Part shown: positions 9,985 to 20,236 of the stretch, piece by piece
Layout: every line of letters begins with the position of its first letter
Numbering within the stretch: position 1 is the first letter of the stretch
NCBI GenBank assembly: GCA_964195945.1
Contig: CAXMRC010000135.1
Span: 16,518 to 80,517, forward strand
DNA from: an uncultured Gemmatimonadales bacterium
GTDB lineage: Bacteria > Actinomycetota > Acidimicrobiia > Spongiisociales > UBA5794
Reading direction: 5' to 3'
Length of the DNA: 64,000 nucleotides
Position numbers and translations under genes: made by a program
Notes under the pieces: generated by a model
Database searches by the model: none
What the model was told of the DNA's origin: nothing
What the model saw: only the letters and a program-made list of their open reading frames with translations

Positions 9985-10191
9985 GTGAGAGCCGACGAAG
10001 CAGACGAGAGGTTCAGGCTGGTGCTCAAGATCCGTGACAGCGTTAACGCCGGGACCTATCAAATAGCCACGGAAGATGTTGCTGATGCCATCATCGCAGG
10101 CCCGTTTATGCTCTCGATGTCGAGCCAGTTGTCGTTAGGTGATCGAATCGTTCGCCTTGCTGAGGCGCCCAAGCAAGACGACCGCGCCTAG
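9985..10191 (+). CDS. Small ORF with a FlgM-like anti-sigma C-terminal motif (speculative)
   Basis: ..VNAGTYQIATEDVADAIIAG.. resembles the FlgM C-terminal helix (I..G.Y.VD...IA..L). It overlaps the 3' end of the convergent DUF368 gene by ~57 nt. The coding evidence is weak. Confidence 0.2.
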   Translation: MRADEADERFRLVLKIRDSVNAGTYQIATEDVADAIIAGPFMLSMSSQLSLGDRIVRLAEAPKQDDRA

Positions 10192-11034
10192 GGCAACTAC
10201 GGCCAGTCCCAAAACACCCGGAAGATTCGATTCTGGGGCTCCAAGCGCCGTGCTGTCGAGTCCGGCCGGCCACGGCCACAAGACTCGTACCGATCCGGCC
10301 ATGAGGCCGATCAGTGTCGCCATAACCAGGTCGTGGTGATGCTCGAGAGACCAGCTGAGGATCTGTGAGAAAAGTGCAAGCCCGATGGTCATGCCGATGA
10401 CCAGGACCAGCAGGGTCAGGAAATCTCTGTCGTTGACTGCCTCAAGCACCGGGCCGTACATGCCCAGGATCACAAGCAGGAATGAGCCGCTCACGCCGGG
10501 AAGGATCATGGCGCAGATGGCGACGGCGCCTGCTCCAAAGAACGCCCACAACGCGGGATCGGCTAGTTGACTGACGGTCTCATCTGAAGTGCCCTCACGC
10601 AGACCAAGTGCGACAAACACCGCTAATGCAACACCGATGAGGATCGCGACGTTGGTGGTTGACCAGTTCTTGACGAGTCGCCAGGCTATGACCACAGAGC
10701 CAGCAATGAGACCCACGAAAAGTCCGGCCATCTCCTCGGGATGGTCATGAAGAAGATTCTCAATGATCTTGGCGAGAGATACGACGGCGAGCAGGATGCC
10801 GCCGAGCAGCGGAATCAGGAATCCCCACTCCACCGCGGTGAGCCAGCGCTTTGCTTCTGACCAGTCGCCCTTAGCCATATGCCCCAATGCGGAACTGCCG
10901 GCTCGGATCGACTTGACCAGCCTCTCGTATATGCCGAGCACGAGGGCGACTGTGCCCCCAGATACGCCGGGCACAACGTCTGCGGCTCCCATCAGGAAGC
11001 CGCGCAGAACTGTTAGGGGAGTTTGGTGGATCAC
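10135..11034 (-). CDS. DUF368-family polytopic membrane protein
   Basis: It has an internal duplication with PGVSGGTVALVLGIY and PGVSGSFLLVILGMY motifs. It is hydrophobic throughout. Confidence 0.55.
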   Translation of the reverse strand: MIHQTPLTVLRGFLMGAADVVPGVSGGTVALVLGIYERLVKSIRAGSSALGHMAKGDWSEAKRWLTAVEWGFLIPLLGGILLAVVSLAKIIENLLHDHPEEMAGLFVGLIAGSVVIAWRLVKNWSTTNVAILIGVALAVFVALGLREGTSDETVSQLADPALWAFFGAGAVAICAMILPGVSGSFLLVILGMYGPVLEAVNDRDFLTLLVLVIGMTIGLALFSQILSWSLEHHHDLVMATLIGLMAGSVRVLWPWPAGLDSTALGAPESNLPGVLGLAVVALGAVVLLGRLSKANDSIT

Positions 11035-11076
11035 GACCGGGATTGTAGGTCCAGTTTGAGGAATCCAGGCGTCAAC

Positions 11077-11106
11077 TCAGGGCCCCGGTGCGACCGGGGC
11101 CCTGAG
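11077..11106. terminator. Perfect 14-bp stem hairpin (ctcagggccccggt gcg accggggccctgag) downstream of the minus-strand lipoprotein gene
   Basis: The inverted repeat is seen directly. It lies in the 80-nt gap after the lipoprotein gene and upstream of the DUF368 gene start. No clear U-tract. Confidence 0.4.
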
Positions 11107-11115
11107 AATCGTTCC

Positions 11116-11850
11116 CTACGAAGTCGTGATGGTCACGGCAACCGTTCCGTTGTAGCCGCTCACTGCTGCGATCGGGGCGCCTTGGGTATCTCCGGTGTTT
11201 GGTCCTGATTGGCGAGGCGCCTGGTTGTCGCCAGCTCCAGGGGTCTCGTCGACCTCGGTTCCCGCATCCCAGAGACCGATCATTTCGCTGATATCGCCAT
11301 CTAGGGGTTTGTCATCGTTGAACAAGGCGATACCGCTCGATGCGGTTGCAAAGAACCAGTCGTTGGACTGGACGAACATGGTCGCAAATGACAGATAGTC
11401 ACCGGGGAGGGCTTCGAACGTGAACGAGTAGCTGGATCCAGGCAACGCGGGCCCTGCTTCGCTTCCACCGTCAGGGTTGGCGAATGCCCCCGAGGCGGAG
11501 ACTGTCGAAAGAGCATCCAGCGATGCGACTAGGGCGCTCGGGTCGCCGTCCTCGGCAAGCGCCTCAAGGCCTTCACCACGGTCAACAGTTCCGTCGGCAT
11601 ATAGGGTTTCCATCGAGGTATGCACGATGAATGCTCCAGGAGCAAGGGGAGTCTCTAGCGCGGAACTCGCGGACGTGTTGGTGACGGTCACCGTAAACGT
11701 CGTCGTCATCTCTTCGTCGGTCATTTCCTCGTCTGACGTGGCGGCAGCGGTTTCTGGAGCCGCCGAGGCGGCATCGCCCTCATCTGTTCCGCCACATGCG
11801 GCGAGTACAAGGGTGAGGGCCATGGCGATCGATAGGTTTCTTATGAGCAT
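11116..11850 (-). CDS. Secreted lipoprotein of unknown function, possibly spondin-N-like
   Basis: The signal peptide plus lipobox MLIRNLSIAMALTLVLAACGG is followed by a low-complexity acidic/Thr linker. The ORF extends to 11937, but the signal-peptide Met at 11850 is the likely start. Confidence 0.55.
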   Translation of the reverse strand: MLIRNLSIAMALTLVLAACGGTDEGDAASAAPETAAATSDEEMTDEEMTTTFTVTVTNTSASSALETPLAPGAFIVHTSMETLYADGTVDRGEGLEALAEDGDPSALVASLDALSTVSASGAFANPDGGSEAGPALPGSSYSFTFEALPGDYLSFATMFVQSNDWFFATASSGIALFNDDKPLDGDISEMIGLWDAGTEVDETPGAGDNQAPRQSGPNTGDTQGAPIAAVSGYNGTVAVTITTS

Positions 11851-11971
11851 TGCATCTCCGGGATTGGGTAAGCGGAATGATCGACCCTCGATCTTGCGGA
11901 ACCCTTGCCAACAGATTGCCGAACCATGAACTCTCACGGGTAATATTGGGCGACATCAAGCGGAGGCGTGG

Positions 11972-12991
11972 ATGAAGCCAAAGATCATCTTGCATGATCA
12001 TCTCGATGGCGGCGTCCGGCCAGGGACTGTGGTCGATCTGGCGCATACCGCGGGAGTGGATCTCCCCACATCGGACCCTGAGGAGCTCGGCCACTGGTTC
12101 ACGATCGTTCCCGGGATGGCGTTCGAAGAAGCCTGGCAGCGTTTCCGCGTTGCTATTGCAGTGCTGCAGACACCGGAAGCTCTACACAGGGTCGCCTATG
12201 AGGCAGTTGCAGACCTTGCGGGTGATGGGGTGGTCTACGCGGAATTGCGCTTCGCTCCGCTGAGTCATCTTGCCGACGGTCTATCTCCGGATGACGTGCT
12301 GGAAGCCGTGACGTCAGGTTTGGCTGAGGGGGAGCGGGCCACAGGTTGCGTCGCTCGCACCATTGTGTGTGGTCTCCGTGAGAATGATCCAGCGCAGTCC
12401 GTCGCTGCTGCTGAGTTGGCGGTGGCGTGGAAGGACAGGGGAGTTGTTGGTTTCGACCTGGCAGGAAACGAGTTCGCCTTCGCCGCGGGGACTCACAAGG
12501 CAGCCTTTGCGGTGGCTCGATTGGGCGGCATAGGGGTTACTGTCCATGCGGGCGAGATGGCTGGACCCGAAAGCATTATCGACAGCCTGATGGCTGCCGG
12601 GCCAACACGGATCGGTCATGGACTGCACCTGATTGTCGACTGTGCAGTTGCGCACGGCAGCATTGTTTCTATGGGTCCCATTGCCCGCCAGGTCCACGAA
12701 GCGGGGATGATGCTCGAGGTGTGCGTCACGTCCAACAGTTGTTTGGGGACGCCGGTGGCGGAGCATCCGGTACGGATGTACTACGACGCCGGATTTGCCG
12801 TTTCAGTGAATCCGGATGATCGGGCGATCACCACCACAACCGTTGCCAACGAGTACGGCTTGTGGCGGGGTGTGCACGGATTCACCGATGCTGAATTCCG
12901 CGAGGTCAACCTCCAGGCTGTAGACGCGGCTTTCTGTGACGAAGAAACCAGGCGAAAACTGAGGGAGTTGGTTGTTGGCGGCTGGAGTTAG
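11972..12991 (+). CDS. add: Adenosine deaminase
   Basis: KIILHDHLDGG is the metal-binding N-terminal motif. The length and overall pattern fit ADA. Confidence 0.85.
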   Translation: MKPKIILHDHLDGGVRPGTVVDLAHTAGVDLPTSDPEELGHWFTIVPGMAFEEAWQRFRVAIAVLQTPEALHRVAYEAVADLAGDGVVYAELRFAPLSHLADGLSPDDVLEAVTSGLAEGERATGCVARTIVCGLRENDPAQSVAAAELAVAWKDRGVVGFDLAGNEFAFAAGTHKAAFAVARLGGIGVTVHAGEMAGPESIIDSLMAAGPTRIGHGLHLIVDCAVAHGSIVSMGPIARQVHEAGMMLEVCVTSNSCLGTPVAEHPVRMYYDAGFAVSVNPDDRAITTTTVANEYGLWRGVHGFTDAEFREVNLQAVDAAFCDEETRRKLRELVVGGWS

Positions 12992-12997
12992 TGGTCA

Positions 12998-14176
12998 TTA
13001 GCCGGGCAGGCTGAATTCAACGGCTCCTCCGGGGCCGGGTTCTGCGTGGATCGATCCGCCAAGCGCGGTTACGAAGCGGTGAGCGATCGCCAGACCGAGA
13101 CCGGTTCCGCTGCCATCCCGGGTCCTCGCCGCGTCAGCTCGGGTGAAGCTCTCGAAGGCACGAGCAACAAACTCCGGGGGGAAGCCGGCTCCGTCATCGG
13201 TGACTCGCACGATGAGGTCAGGTGAGGTCACCACCGAGACAGTCACGCTGCTCTCTGAGTGACGGATTGCGTTGTCGATCAGATTCCGCATGACGCGGCC
13301 GAGAGCTTCCGGTGCGGTGTTGGTCGTGATCGACCCCGGCGCTTGCAGCTCGACGCTGACGCCGAGGCGATGCGCGGTCGGCCGCAGCACTTCGATCGCT
13401 TCGTCGGCGATCTCGGTCACGTCTACCGGCTGTAGGTGCAGTTCGACCGCTCCCGCCTCGAGCCGGGCGAGTAGGAAGACATCATCGACGAGACGGTGGA
13501 GGGCACCGATGTCTCGCTCCATCGAACTGAGATAGCGAATGGGGTCGGGGGCAACACCATCTTGTAGCGCTTCGACTGCGGCTTGTAGTGATCCGAGCGG
13601 GCTGCGCAGGTCATGGCCAACTGCAGCAAGAAACTCGCGGCGAGCTTCGTTATCAGCCTCTCGTCTTTGGTCGGCGAGGCGCAGCTCGCCGGCCATCGCG
13701 TCAAAGGCCTCCGCCAAGGCTCCCACCTCGTCGGCTCGTTCGACATTGGTGGTGGCGGTGAAATCGCCGCCAGCAACCTGCTGGGCCGTGGTCGCAATGC
13801 GACGCAAATCAGAGGCAATGGGGCGAGAAACCGCAAAAGCAAACCCGAATGAGGCGACGAGGCCGAAGCCGAGGACAACAAGAAGGAGCTGCAGATCATG
13901 AGAAGAGAAAAACATCTCCTGAGCCGCGGCGACTGCGGTTCCAGCAACGATGAGAAACGAGGTCATGCCTACGGCGATGATGGTGAATCGAATCGAGCGT
14001 GCCCTGGTGGACCACTTCGGCAACAGGAATACGGCGAGAGCGGCGACTCCCATGAGGACTATGAAGATGGCACCCAGTCGGTTGCGTTCCGCAGGCGACG
14101 GGTTCATGGTCACCTCGAAGAGACCGAGAGCAATGACCACGGCTGCGGGAAGCCAGAGGAATGCCTTGAGTTTCAC
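12998..14176 (-). CDS. Sensor histidine kinase (TM-HAMP-HisKA-HATPase)
   Basis: The H-box is LAAVGHDLRSPL, the N-box is NLIDNAIRHS and the G-box is GTGLGLAIA. There are two N-terminal TM segments. The GTG start at 14176 overlaps the response-regulator stop (GTGA). Confidence 0.8.
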   Translation of the reverse strand: MKLKAFLWLPAAVVIALGLFEVTMNPSPAERNRLGAIFIVLMGVAALAVFLLPKWSTRARSIRFTIIAVGMTSFLIVAGTAVAAAQEMFFSSHDLQLLLVVLGFGLVASFGFAFAVSRPIASDLRRIATTAQQVAGGDFTATTNVERADEVGALAEAFDAMAGELRLADQRREADNEARREFLAAVGHDLRSPLGSLQAAVEALQDGVAPDPIRYLSSMERDIGALHRLVDDVFLLARLEAGAVELHLQPVDVTEIADEAIEVLRPTAHRLGVSVELQAPGSITTNTAPEALGRVMRNLIDNAIRHSESSVTVSVVTSPDLIVRVTDDGAGFPPEFVARAFESFTRADAARTRDGSGTGLGLAIAHRFVTALGGSIHAEPGPGGAVEFSLPG

Positions 14177-14880
14177 GTCTCGAACCGATACCCGACGCCC
14201 CAAACCGTGGTGATCCACCTTGGGTTCTCCGGATCTTTCTCGAGCTTGCGACGGAGCCGTCGCACATGAACGGTCACAGTCGAGGGGTCCTGCCAGTCAG
14301 CCGATGAATCCCACACTTGTTCCAGCAGCTGGCTACGCGAGAACACTTGGCGCGGCGACTTGGCAAGGAATGCGAGGAGCTCGAATTCCTTTGGTGTCAT
14401 CTCGACGGCAACACCGGCGAGAGTCACCTCACGGGCCTGCTCGTCGACCACCAGATCATCGAATTCGAGTACTTCTGTTGTCTTGGGTGCGGGATTCGAA
14501 CGGCGGAGCACGGAGCGGACTCTGGCAACAAGCTCTCGTGGCGAGAAAGGCTTCGCGACATAGTCGTCAGCGCCGAGTTCGAGGCCGAGGACCCGATCCG
14601 TTTCGTCGGTTCGGGCTGTGAGCAGGATCACCGGGATGTTTCCGGTGCGTCGCAACTCGGTCAGGACGGAGAATCCGTCCACCTCGGGAAGCATTACGTC
14701 AAGGACTACCAGGTCGGGTGGAGATTCTTGGATATGTTTGAGGGCGGCTCCGCCTGTGCTCGCTTCGTCAACCCGGAAGCCTTCCCTTTCGAGATACGCC
14801 ACCACGACCTCGCGAACCATTGGCTCGTCGTCGACTACGAGAATCTGCTCGGGCTCTGTTGAAGTCATCGGAAGGATCAT
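14173..14880 (-). CDS. OmpR-family response regulator (receiver + winged helix)
   Basis: The receiver domain carries ILVVDDEP..LVVLDVMLP, and there is a C-terminal winged-helix trans_reg_C. The ORF runs to 14934, and I place the start at an internal Met. Confidence 0.8.
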   Translation of the reverse strand: MILPMTSTEPEQILVVDDEPMVREVVVAYLEREGFRVDEASTGGAALKHIQESPPDLVVLDVMLPEVDGFSVLTELRRTGNIPVILLTARTDETDRVLGLELGADDYVAKPFSPRELVARVRSVLRRSNPAPKTTEVLEFDDLVVDEQAREVTLAGVAVEMTPKEFELLAFLAKSPRQVFSRSQLLEQVWDSSADWQDPSTVTVHVRRLRRKLEKDPENPRWITTVWGVGYRFET

Positions 14881-14939
14881 ATGACGTGGAACCGAAACGT
14901 CCACCGTTTCCTTTCCAGTTCCCCAATTGTTCACAATCG

Positions 14940-15033
14940 GAGATGTCGCGGCCGGTTGGTTCCGTGGGGGATATGGCTAACTACTTAATACCACAGTAAG
15001 TAGTCATAGCAATACGACGTGCATTCGACCATA
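14940..15033. promoter_or_regulatory. AT-rich island with an 8-bp-stem hairpin (aactactta..taagtagt) between the divergent response-regulator and zinc-ribbon genes
   Basis: Local AT content is far above the window average. The inverted repeat is ACTACTTA-N10-TAAGTAGT. An AAAGGAGG SD follows. Confidence 0.35.
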
Positions 15034-15813
15034 ATGGCCGAAAGGAGGAATGTGCAGAACGATCTATCTGGCGAACAATGCGTCATTTGTGGCGCCGGTG
15101 CTGCGGTGCGTGTTGCCGGAACCAGTTTCTGTGCGTCCTGTGGGCTGCACCAGTACTCGAGTGGCGGTCTTGCGCCGGGTGCCGTCTCTTTGCCTGGCCC
15201 CCGATCGCACCGCGCCGCCATAGTCGGGATTTTCTCTTCCGGGTTTCTTCTCAAGATGCTGATGGGCGCAGTTGCGCTGGCCACGGTTGGTGGGGTGACG
15301 GCATCACTCCAGAGCGATCCTGTCGCGGCATCGTCGAGTCCGCCGCCTGCGGCGGCAACGGTCGTTCCAAATCTGGTGCCAAGCACCATTGCCGCGGTAG
15401 TGCCAATAGATTCTGATACCGAGGTACCTGACGCGGTGGTGGATCCGACCCGCGGTTCCGATCAGGTCGCGGCGGCCCACGAGTACGTCGCCGCGGTCCA
15501 GGCTTGGGCCGACTGTGTTTCCGAGGCTGCTTCAACCCACTCTCGCGGAACCTTCGATCCAGTTGCGGTATGCGAGAAACCTTCAACGCCAGCCGACTTC
15601 GATATCCCTGGTCATGATGAGGATGGTCCGGGTGCGTCTGAGGATGCTCCTGGTCATGATGAGGATCGTCCGGGTGCGTCTGAGGATGCTCCTGGTCATG
15701 ATGAGGATGGTCCGGGTGCGTCTGAGGATGCTCCTGGTCATGATGAGGATGACGGCGATACCGATGACGGTGATGCCGAGTCTTCCACAGACGACAAGGA
15801 CAAGGACAAGTAG
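15034..15813 (+). CDS. Zinc-ribbon membrane protein with an acidic tandem-repeat C-terminus
   Basis: The N-terminus has CVICG..(16)..CASCG, then one TM helix. The C-terminus carries 3.7 copies of a 14-aa repeat, PGHDEDGPGASEDA (a 42-bp DNA repeat at 15607-15760), and ends in a D/K-rich tail. The start could be ATG 15034 or GTG 15052 (after the AAAGGAGG). Confidence 0.5.
   Translation: MAERRNVQNDLSGEQCVICGAGAAVRVAGTSFCASCGLHQYSSGGLAPGAVSLPGPRSHRAAIVGIFSSGFLLKMLMGAVALATVGGVTASLQSDPVAASSSPPPAAATVVPNLVPSTIAAVVPIDSDTEVPDAVVDPTRGSDQVAAAHEYVAAVQAWADCVSEAASTHSRGTFDPVAVCEKPSTPADFDIPGHDEDGPGASEDAPGHDEDRPGASEDAPGHDEDGPGASEDAPGHDEDDGDTDDGDAESSTDDKDKDK
15607..15760 (+). repeat. 42-bp perfect tandem repeat, x3.7, inside the CDS
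   Basis: cctggtcatgatgaggatggtccgggtgcgtctgaggatgct recurs at 15607, 15649, 15691 and 15733. Confidence 0.9.
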
Positions 15814-15865
15814 CCGGTTCCGCAATGCGACGGGTTACCCGCTTCTCTAGCTACGCTCCGCCTCC

Positions 15866-16681
15866 ATGTGCGCCAAGAGTCGATGGTCAAATGATGATGT
15901 GCTTGCTACCGATGCGGCCAAGCGTGCGCACCCGAAGCTTCCTGTCACGCCAGGTCTCGAGCTGACCCATCGCCCATCAAGAGTCTCAGGAACAGTGACT
16001 GCCTTTACTGAGGGGCAGCGGATCGTGCTCTGCGACCAAGACGGCAAACTCCATGAATTCAAGCCCCACAAAGGTGTGCTTCTTCATCACGGCAAACCGG
16101 TCGAGTTGGTCGCTGGTGAGTGGAAGAGTGACTCCGACCTCCAACTCACCGCCTCTGGCTCAATCGTCACTGGGCCGGTCCGGGCGCAAACCGCCCAGGC
16201 CAACCGGATCTGGGTCGAAGGCATCCACGATGCAGAGTTGATCGAGAAGATTTGGGGCGATGATCTTCGCATCGAAGGCATCGTCGTCGAACCGCTCCAT
16301 GGCGCCGACGACCTTGTCGACCGAGTCGCCGAATTCCACCCCGGTGCGAAACGGAGGCTCGGAGTGCTGCTCGACCACCTGATTGCGGGCTCGAAGGAAT
16401 CCAGAATCGCCGCCGGCGTCACGGATGCCAATGTCTTGATCTGCGGTCACCCATACGTCGATATCTGGCAAGCCGTGAAACCCGAGAGTTTCGGAATCCG
16501 GGCATGGCCAGAAGTGCCCGTGGGACAACCGTGGAAGGAAGGGATCATCGCTGCGCTCGGACAACAGGACGATCCCGGCCGATTCTGGCAATCGGTTCTC
16601 GCCAGGGTGTCCTCGTACAAGGATGTTGAGACGCCGCTCGTCAACTCCGTCGAGCAACTGATCGACTTCGTCACGACATAG
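15866..16681 (+). CDS. Conserved hypothetical protein
   Basis: A 271-aa ORF with good coding statistics in the correct GC frame. I recognise no motif. Confidence 0.5.
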   Translation: MCAKSRWSNDDVLATDAAKRAHPKLPVTPGLELTHRPSRVSGTVTAFTEGQRIVLCDQDGKLHEFKPHKGVLLHHGKPVELVAGEWKSDSDLQLTASGSIVTGPVRAQTAQANRIWVEGIHDAELIEKIWGDDLRIEGIVVEPLHGADDLVDRVAEFHPGAKRRLGVLLDHLIAGSKESRIAAGVTDANVLICGHPYVDIWQAVKPESFGIRAWPEVPVGQPWKEGIIAALGQQDDPGRFWQSVLARVSSYKDVETPLVNSVEQLIDFVTT

Positions 16682-16733
16682 CTCAAGGTCTGGCGATCGC
16701 GGCGCCGGGCCAATCTCGCTACATTTCACGGCT

Positions 16734-17189
16734 ATGAGAGCAGTTGTACAAAGGGTTGCCCGAGCATCGGTGACCGTAGAAAATGAGGTCGTTGGGGAGA
16801 TCGGTGCGGGGCTTCTGGTTCTGTTGGGTGTCGGCCATGGTGACGGCACTGCCGATGCGGAAGCCCTTGTTGACAAGCTGCTGGGACTACGCATCTTCCC
16901 CGACACCGAGAAGCGAATGAATCTCTCCGTTGTCGATATCGGTGGAGAGATGCTGGTGGTGAGCCAGTTCACGCTTCTTGCGGATATTCGTAAAGGACGA
17001 CGCCCGTCCTTTACGGGTGCGGCTGATCCCAAGATTGCATCTGCCGTAGTTGAAGAAGTCGTCGAATTGGTGCGTGCCCATGGATTAGCGGTGGCCACCG
17101 GCGAGTTCGGGGCGATGATGGATGTTGAGCTTCTCAACGCAGGTCCGGTGACGATCGTCGTCGATGTCGTCGATGGACGGGTTCAGTGA
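16734..17189 (+). CDS. dtd: D-aminoacyl-tRNA deacylase
   Basis: [10 protein letters not shown] is the characteristic N-terminus, and the SQFTL motif is present. 151 aa. Confidence 0.85.
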   Translation: MRAVVQRVARASVTVENEVVGEIGAGLLVLLGVGHGDGTADAEALVDKLLGLRIFPDTEKRMNLSVVDIGGEMLVVSQFTLLADIRKGRRPSFTGAADPKIASAVVEEVVELVRAHGLAVATGEFGAMMDVELLNAGPVTIVVDVVDGRVQ

Positions 17190-20100
17190 GCGGTGTGGGC
17201 CTTGCCTGCGTCACAGAATCTGAGGAAATCACAGTGCCGGCAGGCGTCTGATGGGGACTGGGGGTACTCGGGACCCGCAGCCGCATTGATCAACTCTTCT
17301 AGATGCTGTCGCGCTTGTTCCAGCCAGTCCTGGTCGATGTCGACTTTGACTTCTTCGAGGGTTCCCGCACCGAGATACGCAAACGTGACTGACATCGTCT
17401 CTGGCGGTTCAGCGGCCAACGCTCCGTCGGCAGCAGCAATGGCGTATGCCTCCAATTGCACCATGGCTGCAGGATTGTTTCGATTGCGACCAGATTTGAA
17501 GTCGACGATTTCCCATGCCCCTGGTGTCGATTCATACACGGCATCGATCCGGCCCCTCACTCGTCCGGAGGGGAGACTGATGTCGATAGGTGCCTCGACA
17601 TATCTCGGCTTCATTTCGGCGAACCGCGAATCGAGGTACACGTCGTAAGGATCGGGACCGCCGCTCACGGGTGCGTCGGATTCAGTCACGTCGTACAGAT
17701 CTTCTGCGAGTTCTTCAAGCGGCATCTCGCCGCGGCCGTGGAGCTCGATGAGGCGATGCACTTTGACACCGCGGCGCATCGCGGGAGCCTGCCGACGGGG
17801 AAGCCGCTCTACTTCTGACCAGTAGAACCGCTGCGGGCAACCTGCCATTGTCACCAAACCGGTAACCGAAGTATCAACTCCGTGGGTGGTTTCCTCTTGT
17901 ATCGGAGAGGCCGGGAGATCATCAAGGATTATGCGCATCTGGTCCACGGCCGCATCGTACGGTTCGTCGGCTCCCGCTACGAGTCCTCGGGGCCAGTCGG
18001 TGTTGGCGAGGGTGTCGCGGAGCGCCTGTCGCCATCCATCGGGAAAGAGCGGGTCGGGTGCGCCGACGCTCGAGACAATCGACAGCGAGATCGGTCGTTC
18101 CCCCGGTTCCGTGACGCGGTGATTGATTTCGACGCCATCGGCGCTGGCAGCCGCGACCAATACCGGACTTGGTGGGCGAGGCTTCGTGGCCCCTCCGTGC
18201 CAATGTGCCCCCGTCAGGTACAACCGAGTCTTGGCTCTCGTGATGCCAACATATGCGGTGCGCCACTCCTGGCGGTCCCTGACCTGGCGAAGAGCTTCCT
18301 TGCGGTCATCCTCATCAAGGCCAAGTGGCACCGGGGCTTCGAGGCGCAGTTCATATGGGACAAACCGTGCCAATCGGATTGGGTCATCCATGGCTCCACC
18401 CCTGACAGGGAAGACACCCTCGGTGAGCGCGGGGAGAAAGACCGTTTCCCACTCGAGTCCCTTGGCGCGGTGAATCGTGAGTAGCACCACCGCGTCCTCG
18501 GTGCCAACATTGGCGGTGTCGAGTTCCGTTGCCGATCTGTCGTTGGCGATCAGATCGAGGTACGCAAGAAAGGCCTGCAGGGTTGGCCTGCCCCGCAGCG
18601 GGCTCCACTCTTCGGCGAGGTCGAGGAAGCGATAAAGGTTGACGCGCGCTGTGAGAGCCGGTGCGGGGCTTCTGGCCTCGACCTCGCTCCAGATTCCGGT
18701 CTCATCAAGGATGTGCCGACACAAATCAACAAGCGAAGTCCCTTGGGCGAGTTCGAGGAATCGACGGTAGAGCATCCTGAACGACAACAGCCGGGTGCGT
18801 GCCGTAGGGGTGATGTCTTCGATCTCTTCGAGCTGATCGATTGCCTCGACAAGAGGCCAACCCAGATCGGGGTCGTCTCCGAGTTGCGCTCGGTTGGGCC
18901 GAATCCAACGGCTCAATGCCGCGATGTCACGCAGCCCCAAGCGATAGCCGGGACCCAGCAGCAGTCGGGCCAGGGCAACAGAGTCGCCGGGCCGTTCGAT
19001 GGTACGGAGCCAGGCGTGCAGATCGGCAACGTCAGGAAGGTCGAGCAGCCCGCCAAGCGACCCGACTTCGACCGGCACGTCGAGTGCTTGGAGCGCATCC
19101 CGGATCAAGGCCATGTCCTTGTTCTTGCGGAAGATGACTGCCATGTCACGCCAGCGAACGTTTTCCTCGTCGTTGAGCCGCACGATTTCTTCTGCGATCC
19201 ACTCTGCCTCATCGACGGCGGTACGAAAGTATTCCGCTGCAACAAAACCGGGAGGTGTGTCAGCGACAGGTTGGAGCGTTGCGAATGGCTCATCTTTGTA
19301 CAGGACACTGCGCACTTCATGGGCGACGTCCAGGATGGACGAACCCGAACGGCGGTTCTCCGTTAGCGGCAATGTCTGCGCCGCTGATCCATCTGCCGCA
19401 GGGAAGTGGACGGGAAAGTTGTCAAAGTTCTCCGTAGATGCGCCACGCCATTCATAGATGGTCTGGTCGGCATCGCCGACTGCCGTTACCGGGAAGCCAT
19501 CGGCAAAGACCGCTCGGAGCAACTCGCGTTGCGCCGGGTCGGTGTCCTGGTATTCGTCGAGCAGCGCAACTGAATACCGATCTCTGATGCGGTTCGCAAT
19601 CTCGGCGTGACCGGTCAACAGCTGGTGAGTGAGCAAGATGAGGTCACCGTAATCAAGAACCCCCAGATCTCGCTTGTGCTGCTCATATCGTCGAACGATC
19701 TGTGCGATTTCGGAACGAGCCGCGGAGATATCATCGTCTGGCGCGACGGCAAGCAGGTCGTTCGCCGAGCGAAGATTACGGGCTAGCTGTGACCCCAGGT
19801 CAGCTGCCTCATCGACCCGCGACGGCACCCAGGTCAGATCGAGATGTTGATACTCTCCCGCGGCGATGGATTCGTGGATGAGTTGTCGCACATAGCCGGG
19901 ACCAACGACGTCGGTATCTCGCTCCACGCCAACTATTGCGCCAAACTCCTGGAGGATGCCATATGCAAAACCGTGGTAAGTGGTGACTTCGACCTCACGT
20001 CCCTCGGCGGCGAGATCCGGAAGCGTGTCGCGCAGCCGCCCTGCCAGCTCCTCGGCCGCCTTGTTGGTGAACGTGATGCCGATGGCCCGCTCCGGGCTCA

Positions 20101-20236
20101 GACCACCCGTAACAAGATGAGCCAGGCGGTGGACGATGGTTGTGGTTTTGCCGGTCCCCGCTCCGGCGATGACGCGAAGGGGGAGGAGAGGATATTCGAT
20201 GATTGCTCTCTGCTCAGGTGTTGGAACGAAGTTCAT
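17183..20236 (-). CDS. adnB: AdnB-like UvrD-family helicase with a C-terminal RecB-type nuclease and Fe-S cysteines
   Basis: Walker A is [10 protein letters not shown], and the UvrD motifs [14 protein letters not shown] and HRAKGLEW follow. The C-terminus has a PD-(D/E)XK region plus [10 protein letters not shown]. The ATG at 20236 overlaps the upstream stop (ATGA). Confidence 0.75.
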   Translation of the reverse strand: MNFVPTPEQRAIIEYPLLPLRVIAGAGTGKTTTIVHRLAHLVTGGLSPERAIGITFTNKAAEELAGRLRDTLPDLAAEGREVEVTTYHGFAYGILQEFGAIVGVERDTDVVGPGYVRQLIHESIAAGEYQHLDLTWVPSRVDEAADLGSQLARNLRSANDLLAVAPDDDISAARSEIAQIVRRYEQHKRDLGVLDYGDLILLTHQLLTGHAEIANRIRDRYSVALLDEYQDTDPAQRELLRAVFADGFPVTAVGDADQTIYEWRGASTENFDNFPVHFPAADGSAAQTLPLTENRRSGSSILDVAHEVRSVLYKDEPFATLQPVADTPPGFVAAEYFRTAVDEAEWIAEEIVRLNDEENVRWRDMAVIFRKNKDMALIRDALQALDVPVEVGSLGGLLDLPDVADLHAWLRTIERPGDSVALARLLLGPGYRLGLRDIAALSRWIRPNRAQLGDDPDLGWPLVEAIDQLEEIEDITPTARTRLLSFRMLYRRFLELAQGTSLVDLCRHILDETGIWSEVEARSPAPALTARVNLYRFLDLAEEWSPLRGRPTLQAFLAYLDLIANDRSATELDTANVGTEDAVVLLTIHRAKGLEWETVFLPALTEGVFPVRGGAMDDPIRLARFVPYELRLEAPVPLGLDEDDRKEALRQVRDRQEWRTAYVGITRAKTRLYLTGAHWHGGATKPRPPSPVLVAAASADGVEINHRVTEPGERPISLSIVSSVGAPDPLFPDGWRQALRDTLANTDWPRGLVAGADEPYDAAVDQMRIILDDLPASPIQEETTHGVDTSVTGLVTMAGCPQRFYWSEVERLPRRQAPAMRRGVKVHRLIELHGRGEMPLEELAEDLYDVTESDAPVSGGPDPYDVYLDSRFAEMKPRYVEAPIDISLPSGRVRGRIDAVYESTPGAWEIVDFKSGRNRNNPAAMVQLEAYAIAAADGALAAEPPETMSVTFAYLGAGTLEEVKVDIDQDWLEQARQHLEELINAAAGPEYPQSPSDACRHCDFLRFCDAGKAHTAH

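Noticed and set aside
15515-15850. ORFs in other frames over the 42-bp repeat (MLLVMMRMVRVRL.. on plus, ..ILIMTRSILRRTRT.. on minus)
   Set aside because: They are alternative-frame readings of the same tandem repeat. The acidic PGHDEDGPGASEDA frame continues an upstream ORF with a zinc ribbon and TM helix, and is the coherent one.
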